Shown here in pieces: positions 1 to 12,900 of a stretch of 64,000 bases of DNA (positions are counted from its first letter, which is position 1; each line of letters starts with the position of its first letter). A model generated the notes under the pieces. The model searched no databases. It worked only from the letters and a program-made list of their open reading frames with translations, and was not told the DNA's origin. This DNA is from Ophelia neglecta (lineage: Eukaryota): positions 102,610,001-102,674,000 of the forward strand of contig OZ260661.1 in the NCBI GenBank assembly GCA_965285935.1, given 5' to 3'. A program made the position numbers and the translations under genes.

Positions 1-3000
1 TTTGATAATATAATGTTGTGTCATGTTGACCAGTTATATAATATTCCCGGGATCACATGTGTCCATTGGTACGCCATTGACTTCTTTGCAACGACATATA
101 CTGGGCTTAATACTGTTTTCAAGACTAGCTTCATTAGTGGCAATAATTACTAAAAAGCAGTAGTTAGATCCAGTGTTATAGCTTACCTTAAATAAAAAAA
201 GTAGAAGTGGATAAATGTTTTGGAAGTCAATATTACTAAAATTTACTTATTTCTTCTTATGGTAGGCAATGGTTAACTGTAGTCGACGCTATAAGGCTAT
301 ATAAATGCGAAAGGGCCCTGGAGATTCAAGAATGTAAACAGTTAAATACTATGAATGATAGTCGTGCCTCATCAATGGTCTATCGAAAGATAATGTTCTC
401 CCCAATTACTCATATCACATTTAAAGCTGCATGTAATAGTTATTTCTATGTACAACGTAATAAGAGTAATCGATAATTATTGTTTAGTCAATATTAGGTT
501 GTTTCTATTTGTGCTAAGCACACGCTTATTATTGATACTTATATCAGACATTCACCTTTAGTGACCCAATTCTCAGCGCAAGTGATAGATCTGTTTTGTA
601 TTTTCATTTTCATTGAAAGTTTATTTACCGTTCATGAACATGTTTGGCAGGCGGGTTTAATGTTTGCAGTCTGCAGCTGGTGACTTAACTCCCTTAGTCT
701 GCCGGGTATTCGCAAATAGTCCTATATCATATATGATAATAACTCACATCTAGCCAGTACATTAACTATATATTAATAAGTTACTTACCAGATATTTCCA
801 ATGTATTCTTAGCAATGAATATGATGTAGGCTAATTTTTTTTATAGATATGAGTTTTAATCCGGTTATTATTGTAAAATCGACCCACAGAGGACCACTTT
901 CCATGCTCTTTATGCATCTAAAATGCATTGAATTAAGATGAACATTTTAAGTTGTAAAGGTGGACCTATACCTCAGGAATGGTCCCATAAGTGATATCTC
1001 GAACCATGAATTGGCAACTTCTTCAAGTGAGCTGATTTGCGTATTGCAACACATAGTGCTACCTTGACTATGCATTTATGAAAAATAGCGTCCCCTGCTC
1101 ATTTCGTCTATCCAGTGTGATGCACGATAGAGAAACTTCTCAATCCTTAGCGGTATGGCGATCATGTCACAGGGAGTCAACATAAAAAAATATACATTGC
1201 GTTTCCAGTCTAGCATCAATGTTGAACATGTCACCTATGGCAACAGGGAAATCTGTATTTCCTGCGCCAGTGCCCACAAAAGAGCACCGAATGCTCTTCA
1301 GAAGAAACGTTGAGAATTTATGTTACCACGCCTATACATTTACACCCTCATGTCAACAGATTGTACAATATTTCTGTTTGTTATCAAAGTTTCACTACTT
1401 GTAGCAGGAGACAAAGATCATCTTACAGCTTTAAAGTTTGTCGGAAAGGAAATATGCCTCAGACAACACAATTATCAGCGTTGAGAGGTATATCACTAAA
1501 ACGCGTGTCAATATGTTTGGAAGATTCGACCGCAACGGGTCCTCGCCATCTCGGAAGATTTTTGCTAGACTTGGAGATCAAGAAATACCGTTTCGTCGAC
1601 CTAAATGGAACTCTTATCTGCATGGCTTGAAGTATAACTCTCGAGCTTCCCAATTATAAATAAGTCTGTAACGAATGTTTTAGGCACACATATATATATA
1701 TATATAAACCGACATCGCTTGCAATGAGAAAATAATAATCAATAGATTTCCATGATGTGAGCGAAACCAGAAAACAAACGAGTCAATGGTTTACGTACGA
1801 CAAAGAGAATATATTCCCAAGACTCCATGCCCTAAAAGAGTCTATTACTCACAAAGCTCTGTCATAAATGCGGTACTATAGATGGCTTGTCTCATAACCC
1901 AAGACAAATAAAGAATGTAAAATACCCTGTAGCCTGAAGTGGAAACCGGTTTTATAGCTTATTGACGGTGCATTTTCCCGTCGTACAAGAGGCGATATAC
2001 CCTCGTTCACATCAAAAGTAAACCAATCGCACTTTTAGTTGTAACTGAATACGTGTATCTTGCATAAGAGTGTTTAGGGATAAATATAAAAGTATCAGCT
2101 ATAATTCAGAATAATTATTTGACCATACATAATAACGAAAATATAAGATCAGATAGACATTAACATCAAACTAGATAATTTATTAGGATACTATATATAT
2201 ATATTTCGGAAAGACTCTGGCTAAGTTTTAAAATGGCGGTTGCATGAGAGCCATCCTATCAATTGGAATGATCAATTTGGTTAATAATGTAAGCCAGCTT
2301 GTGATTGGTTACAATACATGTCATATTCACTCCGGCTAGTGATCAGATTCAAAATTGCAACACTATTTGTAAATATCACATCATCTAAGACAATGTGTTT
2401 AATGTATATTTTGAAAATATTATGAAATCTAGGATGTGTTTATTCTCAAGAAATTGTGTGAGTATCAATGCAGAAAAACAATTCTTAACTGATGTTACCT
2501 GTTGATCAGGATGACATTTGTGTCGCCAATTATCGAAGCAAAGTGGCTTCATATATTTAAATTTATTTTATAATGTGTTCGGCCAGTTTGTTTACAATAG
2601 GCTTATATGAATAGCATTGCCCTACATAGTGCTCCTTACCTTAAAGACGGCTTGAACCATTTTTAGAGATTATAAATTGTGTTCGACTATATAAAACCGC
2701 TAGCTCAATTAATTAGCCCATAGAACCGATTTAGAAAAATAACATTGACCGTTTTAGTTCGTTTTCTGGGCCATGAGCATTTTACCATATTGTATTAATT
2801 CAGAGGGTTTAAGTGGCTTTACCGGCATCCTGCCATCCGCTGTGGGCAGCTGTTTGTCCGGAACACATATTAATATTCTGACAAATAAACATGACATGTT
2901 GCCTGTGTTCCTGCTTTGCTTGAAGGCGTTTCCTGGTATAATTGAATTCGCGAATATTTACACCAAAAAAGGAGCTTATGTCGAGACCTTAAGACTGATG

Positions 3001-5287
3001 GGTATAAAAAAAGCAGGACTAGGGTGGATTATATGTGCACCGTGCACCGTTCTTACGTGTTCTGGTTATTAGCATGGCGAAGGGGGAAAGTGTCCAAGAG
3101 GGTTTGCACACCTCTTCTTATATATTTCCCTTCACTAAGATAATAGTGGGAGTAATACTTTCATGACTATATGTATATGTAAAACGATTGTGATCAAATA
3201 AATGATCTTGACCACCCGCCATTTAAGGTGACCAAGAAATTCACATAAGCCAAAAGGGAAGGATTGTGCCTATTGCAGGACTACATGCCAATAGGTAGGA
3301 AAAGCATCACGTCTTTCGACAGGCAACACAACGATGGTTCCAAACAAACCAGACGCCATCTTGAGCCCATTAAACTTACATACACAGTTACCCTGCTTGC
3401 TACATTTCGCGCAGTTCAGACACTTGGAACCATATTATTGTGCACACTAAACCAGGAAAGATAGTTACAAAACGTTTAAAGCCTGGGGCAGAGTGATACT
3501 ATGTTTTGTAAAGAATAGCAACCACCAGCCTTTAAGAGACACTGATTTACCAATTCCCCCTCGACCCACTTCATGACATAGTCACATTGATATTTCGTTT
3601 ATAAGACTATTGTTATAACTTTGCATATAAATGAGTAGCCAACTTCTGTGACACAAAGGGAATTCTTTACCAACGGATTTTTAAAACTGCACCAGGGTCG
3701 CCTCTAAAGACAAGACTTTGAAAAAAAAGAAGCGGGATCGATATCTGGCAGACACAGTAAAATCAATAATCAAGAATAGTCTACTGAATAGGTTCGAAAT
3801 CCCCAGGAACCACAATAGAGCCTACATACATCAGCTCCCAGGCTGAGCTCAAAAAAAAGAAAGCAAATTTAAAACAAAACATAAAAAATGGATATAAGTT
3901 ACAATGAGAAGTAGTCAGGAGTGATCCATGATGCCAGTCAGAGCACAAATCAAACGAGACCGAGGTCAACGGAGGACAAAGAGATGAAATATGCTATTGG
4001 ATAGTGTACGATGGTCTCAGCTTTCTTCAAAAGTTAGAGAATTAAGCTAATATTGTCTCGATAAACCCAAGACAGGAAAATGATGTAAAAGGTCCAGGCA
4101 AAAGCTACCCCGGGATTGCTATTCTTTCAAGGGCTCCCGCTCCTTAATTGTTTTTTTTTCTAGGCTAGACTCTGTTTCACACAACTTAATGTGGTTCTAT
4201 ATACAAACCAGTGCTTGAAAATTCACCGTGCCCTTGCGGAGGCGAGTCCGAGCCGCCCGACCACTTTCCTTTGCATGCTCGTCTTATGCGGCGCATAGAC
4301 CAACTCTGGTTGGTTTATTTCACCCTATTCATAAGCACGGCTGGTTGACTTTATAACGCATGAAACGGATTACCCAGTCAATGACCTTCACTATATCAGC
4401 GCACCTGATGAGTATCTGTCCGCCACGGAGAGCTTCCGGCACCATCAGTCCCGGAGTTGATGATCGATGCTGGGTACGCTCTGTGGTCGATAGATATGAA
4501 GTAAGTGGTTTCAACCTGTTCTGTCAAGTGTTACAACAGGCAACAGACAACATCGGTGATAATTTCACTAATATGCGATGAAGATTTATTATGTCGTATA
4601 AGGAATAAAGCGAACAAGACACACTAGGCTTGCTATTGTTATGTGCCTCCACGAAGTATAAGGGAAGAAGGTTTCTATCGGCAAAAACCGGTCTTCATTC
4701 TCCTTACGCTATCCGTGTATCAATTAACATTAGTTTAAGAATCAATAAGATTTGGTTCAAAATACACTGAATTTAGAGAGAAATAGTCATCTCCACCGAA
4801 AAATGTGGCGGATGTAAACAAAACAGTGCTATAAGGTGCGTGCGCGTCAACCTGTTCGCTAATAGGCTGAGCGAGTACCATAATTATTAGGTGCAATAAA
4901 TCGAATTCCTTAAAAATAGTGCCTCCTTTTTTAAGAAAACGATTAAGTTATGGCCATTTCCTGCACCCATTTTCAAATGTTCGGACCTTATAGAGACGAG
5001 GAAGTTAGAAGAAAAGCACATGATCGGAAGTTCAGGTTTAGGTGATGTCGAAAGACCATCTCGAAAGACACTATAATTGTGGAACTCAAGTATTGAATTA
5101 GTATTCAATAAACATTTGAGCACTAATCCATTATAACAACTTCTATAAAGTCACATAAACCAATCATTTAGGTCTTATGCATCGATTCGCCGCATTTTAA
5201 GGCGATTTACCAACGAATTATCTCAAAATCGGGACTATTTTTGCGGAGCATTATATCATTAGGAACCTTTTCCCATCTCGAAATGTA

Positions 5288-5288
<1 letters not shown>

Positions 5289-5349
<61 letters not shown>
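5289..5349. repeat. (TA)n microsatellite
   Basis: About 30 TA dinucleotides with one interruption. Confidence 0.97.
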
Positions 5350-5354
<5 letters not shown>

Positions 5355-6332
5355 AAACTCGAGTACTGATTTAGCTGAACGATATCAGTATTCAATTTAC
5401 ATTTGAGCATTAGCCTAATCATTTAGCAACTTTTTTACAACATCAAACTCGGTTAAGCCAATTAAAATATGCATTGAAACCATAACTTTTCAATTATGTA
5501 TGTTTGGCCTGTCCAAAGTGGGGGCGTCTGATTGTGCCAGTGTTCAAACGTATGTAATCATATGATCGGCAAAATTATGACATGTCACCCGCAATATTTA
5601 CCCGTACCCTCGTAGGTTTCTGGGCTAAGAAGCAAAACTTACCTTCCTAGTTATTTATCAATGGATTTGATGTCTTGGTATAAAACTCGTCATGGCGCAA
5701 AATTTCTCGCTATTGAAAAGGGTTATTAGTTAATCTTAGTATTTCTTTTTTGTCTTTTTTCATGTTATTTGTTATGCAATATGCATATTTGTTTGTATTT
5801 ATAGGGGAGGGGCCATTCGATATGCCTTTTGTTATTTGACCAATGATAATATATACGTCTAAACTAGAGGAACTAAACTAATTCTGTAACATGGTATAGT
5901 ATGAGTAGATCAAAGCTGTATGAATACTCAGCTATTGTCTAATACTGTGTCGATCTGTATTGAGAACCAAAAGCAACATCCTATATTATAGGCATCAAAA
6001 AGCTTGGCCTTCTGACGTTATTTTGCCACTTAAAGGAAGGTAATGTCTCGGTTTCATCTTCATAATCATTATTCGACTCGACAGGCCATAAAACTTTTGA
6101 CGTGAAGTGTAAAAATGTATTTCTACCATCATCCTGCTCCCTGGTCTTTGGAAATTCAGCACCTTGTCCATAGTTTCAGGCAATATCGGCTTTCAAAAAT
6201 CTGGATGTTTAGCCTAATGCCTGCATGAAGCTAGTTCGCCATTATCTATACATAGCGGTGCTGATTGGGAGCCACGAGTCTGTTTCAGGTGGTTTAAAAA
6301 AATCCTTTTAATATCAATTGGCAGCACTGCCC

Positions 6333-6539
6333 AAGGGTATTAAGGTATGGACAGAGGATATTAACGATATACCTTAACAGATTTCTTTGTGTCATCATAA
6401 ATTCATGACATTTTCCACATCACAAAGCATCTCTAATATGGGTGCACTATGCCGTGTACACGTCGTCACGAATTTATGACAGCACAAAGAACTGTCAAGG
6501 TCGTCTGTCAAGGTCCTCTTTCCATATTTTAATACACTT
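6333..6539. mobile_element. Foldback/MITE-like element with ~75-bp imperfect inverted arms
   Basis: 6333-6409 (aagggtattaaggtatggacagagga...tttctttgtgtcatcataaattcatgac) approximates the reverse complement of 6465-6539 (gtcacgaatttatgacagcacaaagaa...tcctctttccatattttaatacactt). No clear target-site duplication. Confidence 0.65.
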
Positions 6540-8206
6540 TATGTATATGACAGTTAACCCCCCCCCCGGGCCCCCCGGTCGTTAATATATAAAGCCAATG
6601 TATAAATAGATGATCGAATGCGAGCCTATTTGCATCATTTTGTATGGCTCACCCTCTGTGTTAGTCCCATCTAGTGACAAATAAGATTGTTGGCACTAGG
6701 TGGCAAGGCTTTAATAAGTGCTGCCGTGTTAACAGCCTTTTTTGAAAGACATATTTCCGTTGACCCGTCAATTTCGATCTACCTCCCGTGTGGCTTAGCC
6801 GCTTGGCGGAAATGCTCACTAAAAGGGGGAAACAGGGTGATTGACCACAATTTGGTAACCAAATGACCAGCTGAATCAACAGGAAGATGTATTGGTATCC
6901 AACTGGCAGACAGCATCATGGCCAAGCCGAAATTGAGACGCCTTGGATAGATACTTGCCAGAATTTGTTAATATATTCATGAAATTTCTTAACCTAGAGA
7001 TTTATGGTGATAAAGTGTTGTGCAAAACGCCCGTCTTCGGTCGCCCGTAATATTATAAAAAATCTAGGACAAGATAATTGATCGCTTTTTTATGTAGACG
7101 GTTCCCAGGCTATTTTCATCTGTAATAGGTTTTGTCAGATATTCTAGCCATTGCATATGCCAATCCACTTTAGCCCTCGATGCCGCTCCGCTTTGTCTCA
7201 TACGTACCAAACGGGAGAGCCTATGTTCAGACCAATAGAGTCAACCTATCTCACAAGACTCGCCTCACAGGTATATATACCTTTTATCTGAATATTCCGC
7301 TTAAAAAAACTTACCAATTATTGCATCACCCATTATTGCTAGTTATTTTACAAATTTTCAATATATTGTGCTTATTTGATTTTTTAAATTGCACTCCCAA
7401 ATGTAACTACATGAATCAACCTTTGTTGCAAACTATGTAGAATCAATAAGTTACTAGTAACAAAACGTTTAATACACCTTCCCTCTCCACCTGTTTTTTA
7501 ATGAGTTCTTTCAGCCGAAAGTTTAAATCAGCATGGGGAAGTGTAGTAGCCTATACAGGGTAGAGAATTCCTCCCAGGTAGAAAGGAAGACACTAGTTGC
7601 TATCAAACGGTGTTTATATGAGCTTTTGTGCATTTTCGGTTGCCAGTATAATCTAGGAAGATCCAAACCAGAAGCTATTATGTCGTTAGTTGCAAGGGAC
7701 TATTATTTCAAATAATATTCTGAATTGGTGAATTCATAGGCGATATTGCATGTCTTATTTGTAAAGAAAACCAATTATTTAGTGATGGGATTTGGAATCA
7801 CAAGGGTAAACGACGTACCGCGGGAGTGTCTCCTTTTTGAATCATGGATTAGCACATTTGGCCATAAATTACATGATATAGCACTATCGAGGAGAGTTTT
7901 ATTCCCTATTTTTTATTCCCTTTCCCACCAGTACGCAACGACCTTTACACCTCTAATGGGTCTTGTGTTTATTGAGCAAATTTCATCTGTAGTCTCTAAA
8001 ATTATGAGAGCTTGCGCCATCCAAGACCCATTAGGGCATATCAAATCTCCGTCCTACTGACCACTGACCCCTCTGTGTTATGCTCTGACTAGAATCATGG
8101 TAAACTGTTGAATACATTTCATTGCAAATGGTATTCGAATCATTTTAATGTTTTCGAATTTAGAATTCGTTACAAGTTTATTTACTGTTTCGGAGATGCG
8201 CATTAA

Positions 8207-9560
8207 TGGCTGGGGTCTGTGGCTGCTGGTTCTCATTAATGCATGGTGTTTGTGTGTGGGTCTTTGGCTGCTGGTTCTCATTAATGCATGGTGTGTGTGT
8301 GGGTCTTTGCCGCTGGCTCTCATTAATGCATGGTGTGTGTGTGGGTCTTTGCCGCTGGTTCTCATTAATGCATGGTGTGTGTGGGTCTTTGGCTGCTGGT
8401 TCTCATTAATGCATGGTGTGTGTGTGTGGGTCTTTGGCTGCTGGTTCTCATTAATGCATGGTGTGTGTGTGGGTCTTTGGCTGCTGGTTCTCATTAATGC
8501 ATGGTGCGTGTGTGGTTCTTTGCTGCTGGTTCTCATTAATGCATGGTGTGTGGGGGGGTCTGTGGCTGCTGGTTCTCATTAATGCATGGTGTGTGTGTGG
8601 GTCTTTGCTGCTGGTTCTCATTAATGCATGGTGTGTGTGTGGGTCTTTGGCTGCTGGTTCTCATTAATGCATGGTGTGTGTTTGGGTCTCAGGCTGCTGG
8701 TTCTCATTAATGCCTGGTATGTGTGTGGGTCTTTTGCTGCTGGTTCTCTTTAATAAATGATGTGTGTGTGGGTCTTAGGCTGCTGGTTCTCATTAATGCA
8801 TGGTGTGTGTGTGGTTCTCAGGCTGCTGGTTCTCATTAATGCCTGGTATGTGTGTGGGACTTTTGCTGCTGGTTCTCTTTAATGCATGATGTGTGTGGGT
8901 CTTAGGCTGCTGGTTCTCATTAATGCATGATGTGTGTGTGGGTCTTAGGCTGCTGGTTCTCATTAATGCATGGTGTGTGTGTGGGTCTTTGGCTGCTGGT
9001 TCTCATTAATGCATGGTGCGTGTGTGGTTCTTTGCTGCTGGTTCTCATTAATGCATGGTGTGTGGGGGGGTCTGTGGCTGCTGGTTCTCATTAATGCATG
9101 GTGTGTGTGTGGGTCTTTGCTGCTGGTTCTCATTAATGCATGGTGTGTGTGTGGGTCTTTGGCTGCTGGTTCTCATTAATGCATGGTGTGTGTTTGGGTC
9201 TCAGGCTGCTGGTTCTCATTAATGCCTGGTATGTGTGTGGGTCTTTTGCTGCTGGTTCTCTTTAATAAATGATGTGTGTGTGGGTCTTAGGCTGCTGGTT
9301 CTCATTAATGCATGGTGTGTGTGTGGTTCTCAGGCTGCTGGTTCTCATTAATGCCTGGTATGTGTGTGGGACTTTTGCTGCTGGTTCTCTTTAATGCATG
9401 ATGTGTGTGGGTCTTAGGCTGCTGGTTCTCATTAATGCATGATGTGTGTGTGGGTCTTAGGCTGCTGGTTCTCATTAATGCCTGGTGTGTGTGTGGGTCT
9501 TTGGGTGCTGGTTCTCATAAACGCATGGTGTGTGTGTGTGGGTCTTTGGCTGCTTGTTCT
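8207..9560. repeat. Minisatellite, ~42-bp unit (ggctgctggttctcattaatgcatggtgtgtgtgtgggtcttt), ~32 copies, with a 512-bp higher-order duplication
   Basis: Direct tandem repetition. The ORFs at 8458 and 8970 are identical and offset by 512 nt. Confidence 0.97.
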
Positions 9561-9770
9561 CTAGTTTTCGGACTGATTTAATGGGGAATATTTTGGATTC
9601 ATGAATTTGTTTTTTCTGTCGGTATGCACTCCCATTTTCTTTTATTGCAATTGATATCAAACTGGCTTTTTTTTAACCAATTCCTTTGCAACTTACAGTA
9701 AGCGAGCTGTGAATTGATATACACGGATTTTTTTGTCTGCTGGTTATATATATATACATACATTTCACAG

Positions 9771-9916
9771 GAATAAACTTGTTAGGCAAGACATTAATCA
9801 ACCTCAAGTTGGTAATAAGCTGAACAGGATGGGTGGTAACAGTTCAAAATGGAACAAATCGTCTAACAGCAGCTCTTTGTCCCAAAAACAGCAGTCATTA
9901 ATCCTTTGGACACTCG
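9771..9916 (+). other. Candidate isolated exon with ATG (MGGNSSKWNKSSNSSSLSQKQQSLILWTL)
   Basis: Acceptor tttcacag ending at 9770, donor gtaggt at 9917, MG-x-x-x-S-K start. No downstream exons identified. Confidence 0.2.
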
Positions 9917-12900
9917 GTAGGTGACAAAATTTCACGCACAGATACGTATTCCTTATATTTTTAACTCAAGCGTTGATGACTTGTGGGATCCTATAACGAT
10001 TTCCATCAGGATTGCGGCGAATAAATACTAAATCAATGGCTCTTTTGTGATTATATGTGTAACTGTTTAAGTGGCCATTGTTTTAATACGCAATAAAGCC
10101 TGCAAAGGGATTGAATGATTTATTTGGTTACCCTAATTCTAGGAGCTATATACGCCTGCTTTAAATACGTCATTTAATGCCCGTGTTCAGACACGCTAAA
10201 GAACGGAGTGGGTTGTTGACAGAGAAAGCAATATCAGTAATTAAGAATATTTCAATGAATCGAGCCACGCTTTTATTGTTACTGAATGCATGCATATGCA
10301 ACGTACGATATCATGTCAGTATGATGCAGATGCACGTTGCCCCTATGCCTTAGATGAGCGAAATAGCACGTTTCAAGCCATTGCAGTTTTTAACTGCGTA
10401 GATGTTAAAACAATGCCGACTAGAACCTGAACATAATCAGTCTAAAAGAGAGTAATCGTTCCTATATTGATTGTAGGAATCTACAAATCCACATGGCGTG
10501 TGTTATACTTGTTGATTTATTGATGTGTGTGGGGATGTGGCTGCTGGTCTGATGTTTCGGGCCGACTATACTTGACTACTAAATATGCTTTGTCTTCCGG
10601 ATACCCACTCCAGGTTTTTTGGATACATTGGGACAATATTTCTGTGAATTTGAAAACTGTCCGTTTTAACCGGCATAGTTTATAAACCTGGGTCCGTGAA
10701 CGTATCCACGAGGCTCCGTGTCTTTAGTTGTGATCAGACAGATAGGCACATACTCTTGCAAAGGCCACATGACTCGAAGTATTCTCATGAATGTTGCTGA
10801 AATAGTAATGCTGCTATCAAGGAATGGAGAGTTCACTTTTGGAAAATCGAAATACTCTCTATTGTCATAGAAAACTTGGGATAAGAGAATGTTTCGTTTT
10901 TAAAGAAAAATAATAAGAACAGCCATTTGGGAGTCAATGTTTTATTGAAATTATAAAATTATATCATCCATATACCGAAATTAGAAAGAAGGTGTCCTGG
11001 CTATATGCTATTTCCTATCCTTCCGCCAACTTTCATATAATATCGTATTCATAAATAAATAGATTTAAATTCGCTAACGAAAGCGCGCAGTTGGTCCATA
11101 TTGGGATCCTAACAGATCAGTGAAACTGCTCACTACCCACCTAGTCAAGACCATCCTAGGCATCCTAAGGCAGATTTCATCTCTGTCCTGCCTTAACCAC
11201 TGACTCCTTTGTTCTGTGTTTTGTTCTTTGTTCTGACTAGCATCATGGAACACTGTTGACTACTTAGCATTCCAAGGCATATACTTGTTTTCTTTTTTGA
11301 TTTGTTACGACCGGATTAAACACTGTTTGGGTTGAGGATTGATATATATATGTGCCTGCTGTTGCTGGTTCCAAAATGTTTCCGAACGACTGAATGGAAT
11401 GAATGCATGATTTATTGTCTAGTAATGTCAATTTACAATAATGTATTATTGGTACAGTCAAATTACAAATATAAAGTAATATATGGTAAATAAAAAACAG
11501 AAAAGGTTGGTAACTTTGAAATAATAAAATGTTTCAGAGACAGAAGCACATATGTGCTAATATGCCTAACTTGTAGTTAGTTAGTAATAAAAAAAGTAAT
11601 GTTGCAATAAAACAAAAGAATATATTAGTCGCAGTAAAATGATCAAATAAAGGTTAAAGAGTATAAAAATTTCACAACTTACTGAGGCAATTAATCATGA
11701 ATTTTTAGATGAGTCTAAACAATTGTAACCTTCACTATGAAATTACATTAGGATACATATCATCAAACAAACGAGTCGGTGGTCAAACAAGGACAGAGAT
11801 GATACAAGCACTTGAAACCTCACTCTAACAAAAATGGTTATCGATTTGGAAATTTAATAGCTCGACAAACTTAAAAACACTACATATGTGTTAGCCTTGA
11901 CATTTAGTGTGTGAAAAAAAGCTTTTCTATTGCTTATATTTATTAAACGGTATCCTGTTCTAAGAAATATGTTTTTATGACCTCTTTTAGACGCAACCTT
12001 AAATCAGCGTGCGGTGTAGTAGACAGGTAGTAGAGAAGTCCCACGGGGCAAAAGCCGGTGTTCGGTTTGACCGAGATCTTCTTAACGTTGTACCAGATCC
12101 TTACTGTTTTTAAGAATCCACATAGGTTTGAAGTTTGAGTTACGAGTTAAGGACTAAAGCGCAATACCTTTCCTAATATTCCTTATCACCTTGTAAAGCT
12201 TCAGTAAGCAGTGCCGAAAGATCTTCGGTGGTTTAATTTTCTAGTCCTAGCTATGAAACGGTGTTTATATAGACTGTTGTGCATTTAACGTAGCCAGTTT
12301 ATTTTACGATGATCCAGACCATAAGCTATAGGAAGCTCTGTGGTGGTCGACTCGACCCTTTTATCGTCATACCCGGTACAATCTTAAATGTTCCAAGTAT
12401 TGGTTGATATTTGGGTTTAACATAGGTTCATAGCTATATCAATGTCTTTCATCGGCATAATGACCTGATGAGTTTTTGCGCCCAACAATATTTTTCTTTT
12501 TCTGGCCAACACAAATGGCAAAACATTGCAATTGAGTAAGAATTTAGTGTCAAAAAAGTCACCCGGATCATAAAATGATCCCTTTCTGTCTTTATTTCCC
12601 ATTTGGTATATGACTAAACATATTGTGTACACACTGCACCATGCAAAGTCGAACGTATATGATTTGACACAAATGTACTGGTCAACGTGCGGTAACTGCA
12701 CCTCTGCCCAGTATTTCAGGTAACAATGATTTCTAGGATAATTGTTGGATGCCATTACGCCATTATATATGTAATCGGTTATTTGCATTGATGATCATAC
12801 ATCACACAGAATCATGTTTCGTTCGTAAATTATTTACCGTTTAATGTAGATGCCCGAAGTAGCTAAAACGGATATATTTTACAATCAAATAGTAAATCCA

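Noticed and set aside
8078-9179. ORFs of 67-152 aa (His-rich or Cys/Trp-rich) in several frames
   Set aside because: Translations of the 42-bp minisatellite, open on both strands, with no gene context.
8207-9560. CRISPR-like appearance of the regular repeats (also 46404-46972 and 57100-57482)
   Set aside because: No unique spacers, no cas genes, eukaryotic context. These are plain tandem repeats.
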